The position numbers and the translations under genes were made by a program. A stretch of DNA of 64,000 bases from Acidimicrobiia bacterium (lineage in GTDB: Bacteria; Actinomycetota; Acidimicrobiia; Spongiisociales; ZC4RG35), in contig JBEVJN010000042.1 of assembly GCA_040510135.1 (NCBI GenBank), positions 416 to 64,415 of the forward strand. Reading direction: 5' to 3'. Below the pieces are notes generated by a model that was given only the letters and a program-made list of their open reading frames with translations, was not told where the DNA came from and ran no database searches. This document shows, one piece after another, positions 47,347-54,965 of the stretch (the first letter of the stretch is position 1; each line of letters opens with the position of its first letter).

Positions 47347-48275
47347 GTCGCGCTCCCGTCGGCAGACCTCTTCGCCGCATGAGCGAGGGCGGCTTCCCTG
47401 ACCCACGCTCCTTCCTCCCATGCCCGGACCTTGTGCTCGACACGATCGCGATTCATCGGCCCGTTGCCCTTCACGACCGACCAGAACTCGTCCCAGTCGA
47501 TCTCACCGAAGTCGTAGTGCCCTCGCTCCTTGTTCCATTTCAAGTCGGGGTCGGGGATGTGCAGGCCCAGATAGTCGGCTTGAGGGACGGTCATGTCGAC
47601 GAATTGCTGTCGCAGATCGTCGTTGGAGACCCGCTTGATCTTCCATTCCATCGACTGCTCGGTGTGCGTGGAATCGGTGTCGTGGGGGCCGAACATCATC
47701 AGCGATGGCCACCACCACCGATCGAGGGAGTCCTGAGCCATGGCCTTCTGCTCAGGAGAGCCGGAGCAGAGCCGGATAAGGCTCTCATAACCCTGCCGTT
47801 GGTGGAACGACTCCTCCTTGCAGATACGCACCATCGCCCGCGCATAGGGCCCGTAGGAGCAGCGAGTCAGCATCACCTGGTTGGTGATCGCCGCGCCATC
47901 GACCAGCCAGCCGATAGTGCCGATGTCCGCCCAGCTCAAGCTGGGATAGTTGAAGATCGACGAGTACTTGTGCTTCCCCTGGTGGAGCAGGGTTTGCAAC
48001 TGGTCGCGATCCACGCCCAGGGTCTCCGCGGCCGAATACAGATAGAGCCCATGGCCCGCCTCGTCCTGGACCTTCGCCATCAGGATCGCCTTTCGATGGA
48101 GCGTCGGTGCCCGCGAGATCCAGTTCCCCTCCGGTTGCATCCCGATGATCTCGGAGTGGGCATGCTGGGCGATCTGGCGGATCAGGGTCTTTCGGTAGTC
48201 CTCCGGCATCCAGTCGGATGGCTCGATCTTGTCCTCGGCGGCGACGATCACGTCGAAACGTTCTTCGGGTGTCAC
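47343..48275 (-). CDS. paaA: Phenylacetyl-CoA epoxidase catalytic subunit PaaA
   Basis: [19 protein letters not shown]...[11 protein letters not shown] carries the di-iron ligand motifs. GTG start with no obvious SD. Confidence 0.92.
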   Translation of the reverse strand: MTPEERFDVIVAAEDKIEPSDWMPEDYRKTLIRQIAQHAHSEIIGMQPEGNWISRAPTLHRKAILMAKVQDEAGHGLYLYSAAETLGVDRDQLQTLLHQGKHKYSSIFNYPSLSWADIGTIGWLVDGAAITNQVMLTRCSYGPYARAMVRICKEESFHQRQGYESLIRLCSGSPEQKAMAQDSLDRWWWPSLMMFGPHDTDSTHTEQSMEWKIKRVSNDDLRQQFVDMTVPQADYLGLHIPDPDLKWNKERGHYDFGEIDWDEFWSVVKGNGPMNRDRVEHKVRAWEEGAWVREAALAHAAKRSADGSAT

Positions 48276-48290
48276 GAAGCCAGGTTAACA

Positions 48291-48308
48291 CAAACGAACG
48301 TTCGTTTG
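48291..48308. promoter_or_regulatory. Perfect 18-bp palindrome; probable TetR/PaaR operator at the paa promoter
   Basis: CAAACGAACGTTCGTTTG lies 16 nt upstream of the paaA GTG, next to a TANNNT-type -10 (TAACCT on the minus strand, 48287-48282). Confidence 0.6.
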
Positions 48309-48496
48309 CCAGGGTCAGATGGACTAGTTACCAGGGGTGAATCGGGAACGGCTCTGGAGCCGGCCGCGGAAACGAGTGAGATTGGTCAGTGCGCTGGGAG
48401 AGAGCGCGAAGGAAGCGGGGATCGAGGCCAGGGGCTCACCCCTTCGGCATTTGGCTTGCAGTCGAGAGTGCCTTGGAACGGTCTCTGAAATCACCC

Positions 48497-48532
48497 GAAG
48501 GGAGGGTCTCACCACAGGGAGGCCCTCCCTTC
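48497..48532 (-). terminator. Terminator-like hairpin after the lipoprotein/ABC-F transcription unit
   Basis: GAAGGGAGGG-n16-CCCTCCCTTC, a 10-bp perfect stem, 13 nt downstream of the minus-strand stop at 48545. The U-tract is weak. Confidence 0.45.
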
Positions 48533-48544
48533 ACCGTTTACGGC

Positions 48545-49042
48545 TCAGGTCTCGAAGGAGCCGACAACCTCGCCGTTGAGCCGGATCTCCCGGGTCTCCT
48601 CGGTCCAGCTGCCCAGGGGCACCGCGATCGTGAAGGGCTCGATCACCTGGGCGCAGCTCTGCTCAGTGGCGACCTGGGAGATCATCTCGATCTCAATCAC
48701 CTCGCCGTCGTCTTCGACAGTCCAGAAGATCTCATGGCATGGCGTCGGCTTGTCGCCGGTGACGTCGAGCATGATCTGAACGGGGAAGCTCTCCATGACC
48801 CTCACGTCAGCGCCGGTCACCCACACCTCGCCATCGACACTCCCCTGGATCGGCGGCCGCGGCTCGGGGATGGAGCCAACCGGCCCGGGCTCGGCGATCG
48901 GCTGGTCGCCGTCGGAGTCGACGGGCTGATCAGGGTCGATCGAAGTTGTCGGCGCCGGGACACCCCCACCTCCGATGACATCGGGCGAGCCACAGGCGGT
49001 GCCCACGACGACAAGTGCGAGGATCACGAGATGCCTTCTCAT
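48545..49042 (-). CDS. Small lipoprotein of unknown function
   Basis: MRRHLVILALVVVGTAC lipobox, Pro/Asp-rich linker, then a beta-rich domain of about 110 aa with two Cys. Confidence 0.6.
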   Translation of the reverse strand: MRRHLVILALVVVGTACGSPDVIGGGGVPAPTTSIDPDQPVDSDGDQPIAEPGPVGSIPEPRPPIQGSVDGEVWVTGADVRVMESFPVQIMLDVTGDKPTPCHEIFWTVEDDGEVIEIEMISQVATEQSCAQVIEPFTIAVPLGSWTEETREIRLNGEVVGSFET

Positions 49043-49085
49043 GACGCTTGGATGCCCCGGGCCGGCCAATGGTTCCCGTCTGGCA

Positions 49086-50684
49086 TCAGGCCAGGGAAAC
49101 GAGGTCGAGCAGCTCCTCGTCGAAGAACCTCATCTCACCTTCCGGCATCAGGACCGCGCGGTCGGGCATGAGCTGGGCCACGAAGTCTGTGTCGTGGCTG
49201 ACCAGCACCACGGTCCCCTCATAGATGGTGAGGGCGTCGAGCAGCGCCTCCTTCGCCTGCGGGTCGAGGTTGTTGGTCGGCTCGTCGAGGAGGAGCACGT
49301 TCGGACGTGCGGCAACCAACATGGCCAGAGCCAGCTTGGTCTTCTCCCCCCCAGAGAGGGTCGCGCCATCCTGTTCGACCTTGTCGGCAAGAAGGAAATG
49401 ACCGAGCAGCGATCTGAGGGTCTGTTCGGTCAGGGCGCCATCCTGTCGCATGTGATCGAGCACAGTGCGGCCGGCTTGGATCTGTTCGTGCTCCTGGGCG
49501 TAGTACCCGACGCTGGCGTTGTGCCCCAGAGACACATCGCCCAGGTCGGCAGTCTCGACACCGGCCAGGATTCGGAGCAGTGTCGTCTTTCCGGCGCCAT
49601 TGAGTCCGATCAGCAGCATGCGCTCACCACGCTCCACAGCGAATTCGACGTCGACGAAGACGAGATTGTCACCGAAAGACTTGGCCAGGCCCATGGCGGA
49701 CAGGGGCACTCGGCCCGACTTCTCCGGCTGGGGGAAGGCAACCCGCACCTGCTTCCCGCCCTTCTGGACCTCCACGAGGTCTCGCTTCATTCGATCGACG
49801 CGTGTCTCCCAGGATCGGGCGATCTTCGCCATTTTCTCGGTGGTGCCCTTGAAGCGCCTGATGTTCTCCTCGAGGCGGGCGATTGCCTCGTCCTGATGCT
49901 TGCGCTCTCGCTCCTTTTGCAACCGGCGACGATCGCGCTCGACCAGGTAGTGGCTGTAATTGCCCCGGTAGGCCTCGAGCTCGCCATGCTCCAGGGCGAG
50001 GACGGAGGTGATCGCCTCGTCGAGCAAGGGGAGGTCGTGGGACACGACCAGCATTCCGCCTCTATAGGTGGTGAGCCACTCGATCAGCCAGGCCTTGGCA
50101 TCGAGGTCGAGATGGTTGGTCGGCTCGTCGAGCAGGAGGACATCGGTCTCGGCGAAGAGGATTCTGGCCAGTTCCACCCGACGGCGCTGGCCACCGGACA
50201 TGGTGACCACAGACTGGTCCAGCTCGTCGTTACCGATCCCGAGAGCAGCTGCCATCCGCTTCGCTTCTGCTTCGGCAACGAACCCGCCCTTCGCCTCGAA
50301 CTCCTCATGGAGACGGCTGAAGCGGGCGATTCCCCTATCCCGCTCCGCGCCGTGAAGGTCATGGAGCCGGTGTCTGGCCTCCTCGATCCGGCGCTGCAGG
50401 GCCCCGATCTCTCTCGCCATGAGGATCCGCTCCAGCGCCGTGGCGTCGGGATGCTCCAATTCGGGAAGGGCTGCCTCCTGGGAGAAGTAGCCAATGCGTC
50501 CGGAACGGAGGACGGTGCCTTCGACCGGAGTAAGCGCGCCAGTGAGCGTCCTCATCAAGGTGGTCTTGCCGGCACCGTTCCGGCCCACCAGGCCGATGCG
50601 ATCGCCTGATTGCACGCTGAAAGAGGCCCCTTCGAGCAAGGTGCGGGGGCCAACATCGATCCGTAGGTCGCGTGCGATCAGCAT
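49086..50684 (-). CDS. ABC-F family ATPase (no TM domain; ribosome-associated type)
   Basis: Two ABC cassettes (GRNGAGKTT, LSGGQRRR, LLLDEPTNHLD; GLNGAGKTT, LSGGEKTK, LLLDEPTNNLD) joined by a charged linker. Confidence 0.9.
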   Translation of the reverse strand: MLIARDLRIDVGPRTLLEGASFSVQSGDRIGLVGRNGAGKTTLMRTLTGALTPVEGTVLRSGRIGYFSQEAALPELEHPDATALERILMAREIGALQRRIEEARHRLHDLHGAERDRGIARFSRLHEEFEAKGGFVAEAEAKRMAAALGIGNDELDQSVVTMSGGQRRRVELARILFAETDVLLLDEPTNHLDLDAKAWLIEWLTTYRGGMLVVSHDLPLLDEAITSVLALEHGELEAYRGNYSHYLVERDRRRLQKERERKHQDEAIARLEENIRRFKGTTEKMAKIARSWETRVDRMKRDLVEVQKGGKQVRVAFPQPEKSGRVPLSAMGLAKSFGDNLVFVDVEFAVERGERMLLIGLNGAGKTTLLRILAGVETADLGDVSLGHNASVGYYAQEHEQIQAGRTVLDHMRQDGALTEQTLRSLLGHFLLADKVEQDGATLSGGEKTKLALAMLVAARPNVLLLDEPTNNLDPQAKEALLDALTIYEGTVVLVSHDTDFVAQLMPDRAVLMPEGEMRFFDEELLDLVSLA

Positions 50685-50742
50685 TTGCGGTGAACCTGTG
50701 GGTCAGACGTTAGAAGAAGGCACAGGGCAACCACGTCTGAAT

Positions 50743-50774
50743 AAGTGCCGTCAGAGCGCTCTCTGACGGCACTT
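50743..50774. promoter_or_regulatory. Strong 14-bp stem / 4-nt loop hairpin in the divergent ABC-F / channel intergenic region
   Basis: AAGTGCCGTCAGAG-cgct-CTCTGACGGCACTT. A second 8-bp inverted repeat, TCAGACGT-n22-ACGTCTGA, lies at 50703-50740. Confidence 0.4.
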
Positions 50775-50794
50775 CCCTACTAACTTCGGGGCCG

Positions 50795-51877
50795 ATGTTG
50801 GGGCGGATCAGGGCTTTGTTCGACTCGCCTTTCCTCCGCCGGGTGAGCTGGCACGTGAAAAGGGTGGGAGAAAAGATCGACCGGCGATTCTTCGTCTCGC
50901 TCGTCCTCGGCCTCGTGGTCATCCTGGCGCTGGCGGCGGCAGTGGTCTGGCTGGCGGAGACGGACGGCTCGGTCGACATGTTGGGTAAGTCGTTCTATTG
51001 GGCCGGGGCCACCGTGCTCGGACTGGGCGAGGGCGGATTGGTGTCCGGCCCGGTGGGCTGGGTCGTCGGCTGGCTGCTCGGGCTGTTCGGGGTGGCGATC
51101 GTGGCGACGATCACGGGCGCGCTCGTCGGATTCGTGATCGATTTCCTGTTGAAGGAGGGACAAGGGATGGGTGCATCGGGATACAAGGGCCACATCGTGG
51201 TGTGCGGTTGGAACTCCACCGCACGCGACCTCATCGATGAGCTGAGCAGGGACGAGTACGGAACCAAGGTGGTACTCCTCTACGACGCAGAGCGAAGCCC
51301 TGCGGCCGAAAGCGTGTATTTCGTGAGAGGCAACCCCAGCCACGATCCCGACTTGCACCGGGCCGGGATCGAGCACGCAACCGCCGCCATCGTCTGTCCG
51401 ATCGATGGCTCCGATCAGGCCGACATGTCATCGATCCTCACCGTTCTCGCCATCGAGTCGATCAATCCGGAAGTGCGAACCGTCGTGGAGGTCAACAACC
51501 CCGACCACGTCGAGCATTTTCGGAGGGCGAACGTCAACGAGATCATGGTCACCTCGAAGCTCGCAGCCCACCTGCTCGCTCGCTCGGCGATGTACCCAGG
51601 CCTGTCGCAGCTCGTGACAGACATCGTTTCAGGCGGAGAGGGATCCGAGCTCTATCGCGTCGCGCTGCCCGGGGATTGCGACGGCATGTCGATTGACGAG
51701 CTCGCGTCGAAACTCCGCTCAGAACACCAGGCGACCTTGCTGGCGGTGGTCCGCGGAGGTCTCACCTTCGCCAATCCGGATCAGGACTTCCGGGTGGGCC
51801 TCGACGACGACCTCGTCATCGTGGCCGAATCGCTGGGCGACCTTCAACCGTTGCGCGAGCCTTCGGCAGTGGCCTAG
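50795..51877 (+). CDS. 2-TM ion channel with cytoplasmic RCK (TrkA-N/TrkA-C) domains
   Basis: TM1, pore helix SFYWAGATVLGLGEGG and TM2, then the Rossmann motif HIVVCGWNSTARDL and a TrkA-C-like end. Confidence 0.8.
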   Translation: MLGRIRALFDSPFLRRVSWHVKRVGEKIDRRFFVSLVLGLVVILALAAAVVWLAETDGSVDMLGKSFYWAGATVLGLGEGGLVSGPVGWVVGWLLGLFGVAIVATITGALVGFVIDFLLKEGQGMGASGYKGHIVVCGWNSTARDLIDELSRDEYGTKVVLLYDAERSPAAESVYFVRGNPSHDPDLHRAGIEHATAAIVCPIDGSDQADMSSILTVLAIESINPEVRTVVEVNNPDHVEHFRRANVNEIMVTSKLAAHLLARSAMYPGLSQLVTDIVSGGEGSELYRVALPGDCDGMSIDELASKLRSEHQATLLAVVRGGLTFANPDQDFRVGLDDDLVIVAESLGDLQPLREPSAVA

Positions 51878-51960
51878 CGGCGAGACAAAGCGCGGAACGT
51901 TCGGACGGACGAAAGAACCCGTTCACCGTCCGGTCATGTCCTCCCGGTACAAATGCCTTG

Positions 51961-52040
51961 CCAGGGATCCTCCCGGTATCACTGGCGACAACAGATCCCT
52001 CCTCCCAGGATCATCGGGGCGACACCAGTGTCGCCCCGAT
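51961..52040 (+). ncRNA. Candidate small RNA: two hairpins with C-rich loops plus a terminator hairpin (6C-RNA-like architecture)
   Basis: Hairpin CCAGGGAU-[CCUCCCGGU]-AUCACUGG (51961-51985). Hairpin GAUCC-[CUCCUCCCA]-GGAUC (51994-52012). A 12-bp perfect hairpin sits at 52013-52040. No ORF. Strand and ends are not established. Confidence 0.25.
52013..52040 (+). terminator. Perfect 12-bp stem hairpin
   Basis: ATCGGGGCGACA-ccag-TGTCGCCCCGAT, 136 nt after the channel stop and 44 nt before the pobA ATG. Confidence 0.45.
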
Positions 52041-52083
52041 CTCGTTGCGCTCCAGGTGTTCGCAATAGGCTTCCGTTTCGCAG

Positions 52084-53271
52084 ATGAGCGAGATCCCTAC
52101 GCGCACCCCGGTCGTCATCATCGGCGGCGGGCCGGCCGGGTCGTTACTGGCCCATCTGCTCCAACTGCGCGGGATCGACAGCGTCATCCTCGAGCTTCGC
52201 ACTCGTGAGCACGTGATGGAGCGAGTGCGGGCCGGGGTGATCGAGCACGGAAGCGCCGAGGTCCTGCGGGAGACAGGGGCGGGCAAACGCATGGATGCCG
52301 AGGGCTTCGTCCACTTAGGAGTCAACGTTGCGCACGGCGGCGACATGCTGCGGATCGATTTCCAGGAACTGACCGGAAAGCACGTCACGATCTACGGGCA
52401 GACCGAGTTGCAAAAGGACCTCTATGACCTGATCGACGCCGACGGAATCCCGCTGATCGATGAGGCCGAGAAGGTACATGTCAACGGCATCGAAGGAGAC
52501 GCGCCGAGTGTTGGCTTCGACCATCGTGGTGTTGCTCACGTCATCGCCTGTGACTTCGTCATCGGCTGCGACGGGGCACACGGCGTGAGCCGGGACTTCA
52601 TCCCTCGCGGCGCCCGACGGTCTTTCGAGCGGCAGTACCCGTTCTGTTGGGTCGGGCTCCTCTCCGAGACCCCACCCGTCGACGAGGAGCTGATCTACGC
52701 CAGCCACGAGCGGGGTTTCGCCCTCTGCTCGATGCGAAACGAGCGTCTCAGCCGGTACTACGTCCAGGGTCCAGCGGACACCACCCTCGACGAATGGCCC
52801 GACGAGCGTTTCTGGTCCGAGCTGACGGCGAGACTGCCCGACGCGGTGGCCGAGACGCTGGTCACCGGGCCCTCGATCGAGAAGATCATCACCCCTCTGC
52901 GAAGCTGGGTCTCCGAGCCCATGCGTCATGGGAGATTGCTTCTGGCCGGGGATGCAGCCCACGTGGTGCCTCCGACCGGGGCGAAGGGCCTCAATCTCGC
53001 CATTTCCGATGTCGTGTATCTCGTCGATGCCGTTGCCGGCCACTACGGCAACGGCTCGATGGCCGGTCTCGACGAGTATTCACCGAGAGCGCTGGCGCGA
53101 GTGTGGAAAGCCGTGCGATTCTCCTGGTGGATGACGACCATGCTCCATCGTTTCCCGGGACTGAACGATGACTTCGAGCGGCGTCTCCAGGAGGCCGACC
53201 TGGACTATCTGTTCGGCTCTGAGAATGCGCAGCGCACGATGGCCGAGAACTACGTGGGGCTGCCCTACTGA
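52084..53271 (+). CDS. pobA: 4-hydroxybenzoate 3-monooxygenase
   Basis: VVIIGGGPAGSLLAHLL...LAGDAAHVVPPTGAKGLNLA... Confidence 0.92.
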   Translation: MSEIPTRTPVVIIGGGPAGSLLAHLLQLRGIDSVILELRTREHVMERVRAGVIEHGSAEVLRETGAGKRMDAEGFVHLGVNVAHGGDMLRIDFQELTGKHVTIYGQTELQKDLYDLIDADGIPLIDEAEKVHVNGIEGDAPSVGFDHRGVAHVIACDFVIGCDGAHGVSRDFIPRGARRSFERQYPFCWVGLLSETPPVDEELIYASHERGFALCSMRNERLSRYYVQGPADTTLDEWPDERFWSELTARLPDAVAETLVTGPSIEKIITPLRSWVSEPMRHGRLLLAGDAAHVVPPTGAKGLNLAISDVVYLVDAVAGHYGNGSMAGLDEYSPRALARVWKAVRFSWWMTTMLHRFPGLNDDFERRLQEADLDYLFGSENAQRTMAENYVGLPY

Positions 53272-53296
53272 ACATGACGACGAGCGAGGATTTCCC

Positions 53297-53665
53297 ATGG
53301 GTGCATACGAGGACGGGATGAAGGTGCGAAGAGCCGTGCTCGGCGACGAGTACGTCGACGCCGCCGTCGAGGCGGCGACAAGTCTCGACGCCGACTTCCA
53401 ACGCTGGATCACCGAGAGCGCCTGGGCTGGGGTTTGGGGCCGGCCCGACCTCGATCTGAGAACCCGGAGCCTGATCACCATCGCCATCCTCGGTGCTCTG
53501 AACCACGACGAGCTCGAGCTTCATCTTCGCGCTGCTCGCAACACAGGGGTCACCCCCGACGAGATCCGGGAAGCGCTGTTGCACGTTGCGGTTTATGCCG
53601 GAGTCCCCGCCGCCAACCGGGCATTCAAGGTCGCCAAGGACGTCTACGGGGATGAGGGCTCATGA
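53297..53665 (+). CDS. pcaC: 4-carboxymuconolactone decarboxylase
   Basis: GMKVRRAVLGDEYV...GVWGRPDLDLRTRSLITIA...HLRAARNTGVT..EIREALLHVAVYAGVPAA. Start trimmed to ATG 53297. Confidence 0.88.
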   Translation: MGAYEDGMKVRRAVLGDEYVDAAVEAATSLDADFQRWITESAWAGVWGRPDLDLRTRSLITIAILGALNHDELELHLRAARNTGVTPDEIREALLHVAVYAGVPAANRAFKVAKDVYGDEGS

Positions 53666-54387
53666 GCGAGCCGGTCATCAGACACTACGGGCCGAAGGCA
53701 TACGCCGATCATCCCCCGTTCTCCTACCCCGATTACCGGTCGACAGTGAAGCGAAGCCCGACACACGACCTGATCCGGATCGTCCAGACCCTGTCGGAGA
53801 CCACCGGCCCAGGACCGGCGTGGACAGAGATCTCTGAGGAGGACACCGATCTCACCACCAACACCGGGACGGGAAGCCCCGCAATCGGCGAGCGGATCAT
53901 CGTCACCGGGAGGGTGCTCGACGAGCATGGTCGTGGCATGTCCGACACAGTCCTCGAGATATGGCAACCGAACGCCAGCGGCCGTTACGCCCACTGGCGG
54001 GAGACCGAGTTTCCCGCCCCGCTCGACCCCAACTTCGTCGGGGTGGGCCAATGCCTCACCGACGTCGAAGGCGGGTACCGGTTCACCACGATCAAGCCAG
54101 GCCCCTACCCTTGGGGGAACCACCCCAACGCCTGGCGGCCTTCACACATACATTTCTCGATCATGGGGTCATCGCTCGGAATGAGGCTGGTCACCCAGAT
54201 GTACTTCCCGGGCGACCCTTTGATCCCGCTGGACCCCATCTTCAACTCCGTGCCACCTCATGCCAGGTCGCGGATGATTGCCAATTACGACCACGATGTG
54301 ACCGAGGCCAATTGGGCACTCGGGTATCGGTGGGACATCGTCCTGCGCGGAAAGCGGGCCACGCCGATGGATGAGGGGGGCGATTGA
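53662..54387 (+). CDS. pcaH: Protocatechuate 3,4-dioxygenase beta subunit
   Basis: LEIWQPNASGRYAH...YRFTTIKPGPYPW...RPSHIHFSI. Confidence 0.92.
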   Translation: MSEPVIRHYGPKAYADHPPFSYPDYRSTVKRSPTHDLIRIVQTLSETTGPGPAWTEISEEDTDLTTNTGTGSPAIGERIIVTGRVLDEHGRGMSDTVLEIWQPNASGRYAHWRETEFPAPLDPNFVGVGQCLTDVEGGYRFTTIKPGPYPWGNHPNAWRPSHIHFSIMGSSLGMRLVTQMYFPGDPLIPLDPIFNSVPPHARSRMIANYDHDVTEANWALGYRWDIVLRGKRATPMDEGGD

Positions 54388-54965
54388 GTCAGCTGCTGGG
54401 GCAGACCCCGTCGCAGACCGTCGGCCCGTACTACACCCTGCGGCTGTATCGAGATGGTGAGAACATCCTGGTTGGCCCGGGCCGCCCGGGACGGATCGCC
54501 ATCCGGGGGAGGGTGCTCGACGGCGATCGAAAGCCCATCGAGGACGCCCTCCTCGAGATCTGGCAGGCCAACTCGGTGGGCCGGTACCGCCATCCCGACG
54601 ACACCCGCGAGCTGGCCATGGACAATGGCTTCAGCGGCTTCGGCCGGGCTACAACCGATTTCGAGACCGGGGAGTACACATTCGAAACGCTCAAACCGGG
54701 CCCGGTCCCCGATGTCGAAGGGGTCTTCCAGGCGCCCCACATCTCGTTGATCGTGCAGGGACGTGGAATGCTCAACCCGGTGTTCACCAGGATCTACTTC
54801 TCCGATGAAGACGAGGCAAACCGCGACGATCTCATCCTCCGCACCGTGCCGGCTGATCGTCGCGGCACACTGATCGCAGAATTGGTCGACGACGGGGAGC
54901 CCAGGGTGTACCGATTCGACGTCCTCTTCCAGGGTGATGACGAGACCGTCTTCTTCGACTTCTGA
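54384..54965 (+). CDS. pcaG: Protocatechuate 3,4-dioxygenase alpha subunit
   Basis: TPSQTVGPYY...LEIWQANSVGRYRHP...YTFETLKPGPVP. TTG start overlapping the pcaH stop. Confidence 0.9.
   Translation: MSQLLGQTPSQTVGPYYTLRLYRDGENILVGPGRPGRIAIRGRVLDGDRKPIEDALLEIWQANSVGRYRHPDDTRELAMDNGFSGFGRATTDFETGEYTFETLKPGPVPDVEGVFQAPHISLIVQGRGMLNPVFTRIYFSDEDEANRDDLILRTVPADRRGTLIAELVDDGEPRVYRFDVLFQGDDETVFFDF

Noticed and set aside
48334-48343. GGGGUGAAUC, reminiscent of ydaO (c-di-AMP) and cobalamin riboswitch cores
   Set aside because: The other conserved blocks I remember are absent (the ACAGCUAACCUCGUA-type 3' segment of ydaO, the B12 box and the GCCACUG of cobalamin elements). There is also no downstream plus-strand gene to regulate.
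48384-48416. SRP (4.5S) RNA-like string GGUCAG...GAAGGAAGC
   Set aside because: The apical part forms a 5-bp stem with a 7-nt GGGAGAG loop instead of the conserved GNRA-tetraloop helix 8. I could not pair the flanks into the long SRP hairpin.
51895-51902. GAACGTTC, the same 8-bp core as the paa operator, downstream of the channel gene
   Set aside because: Only the 8-bp core is palindromic and the flanks break the CNAACGNNCGTTNG pattern. An 8-mer match is expected by chance, and it lies about 180 nt from pobA.
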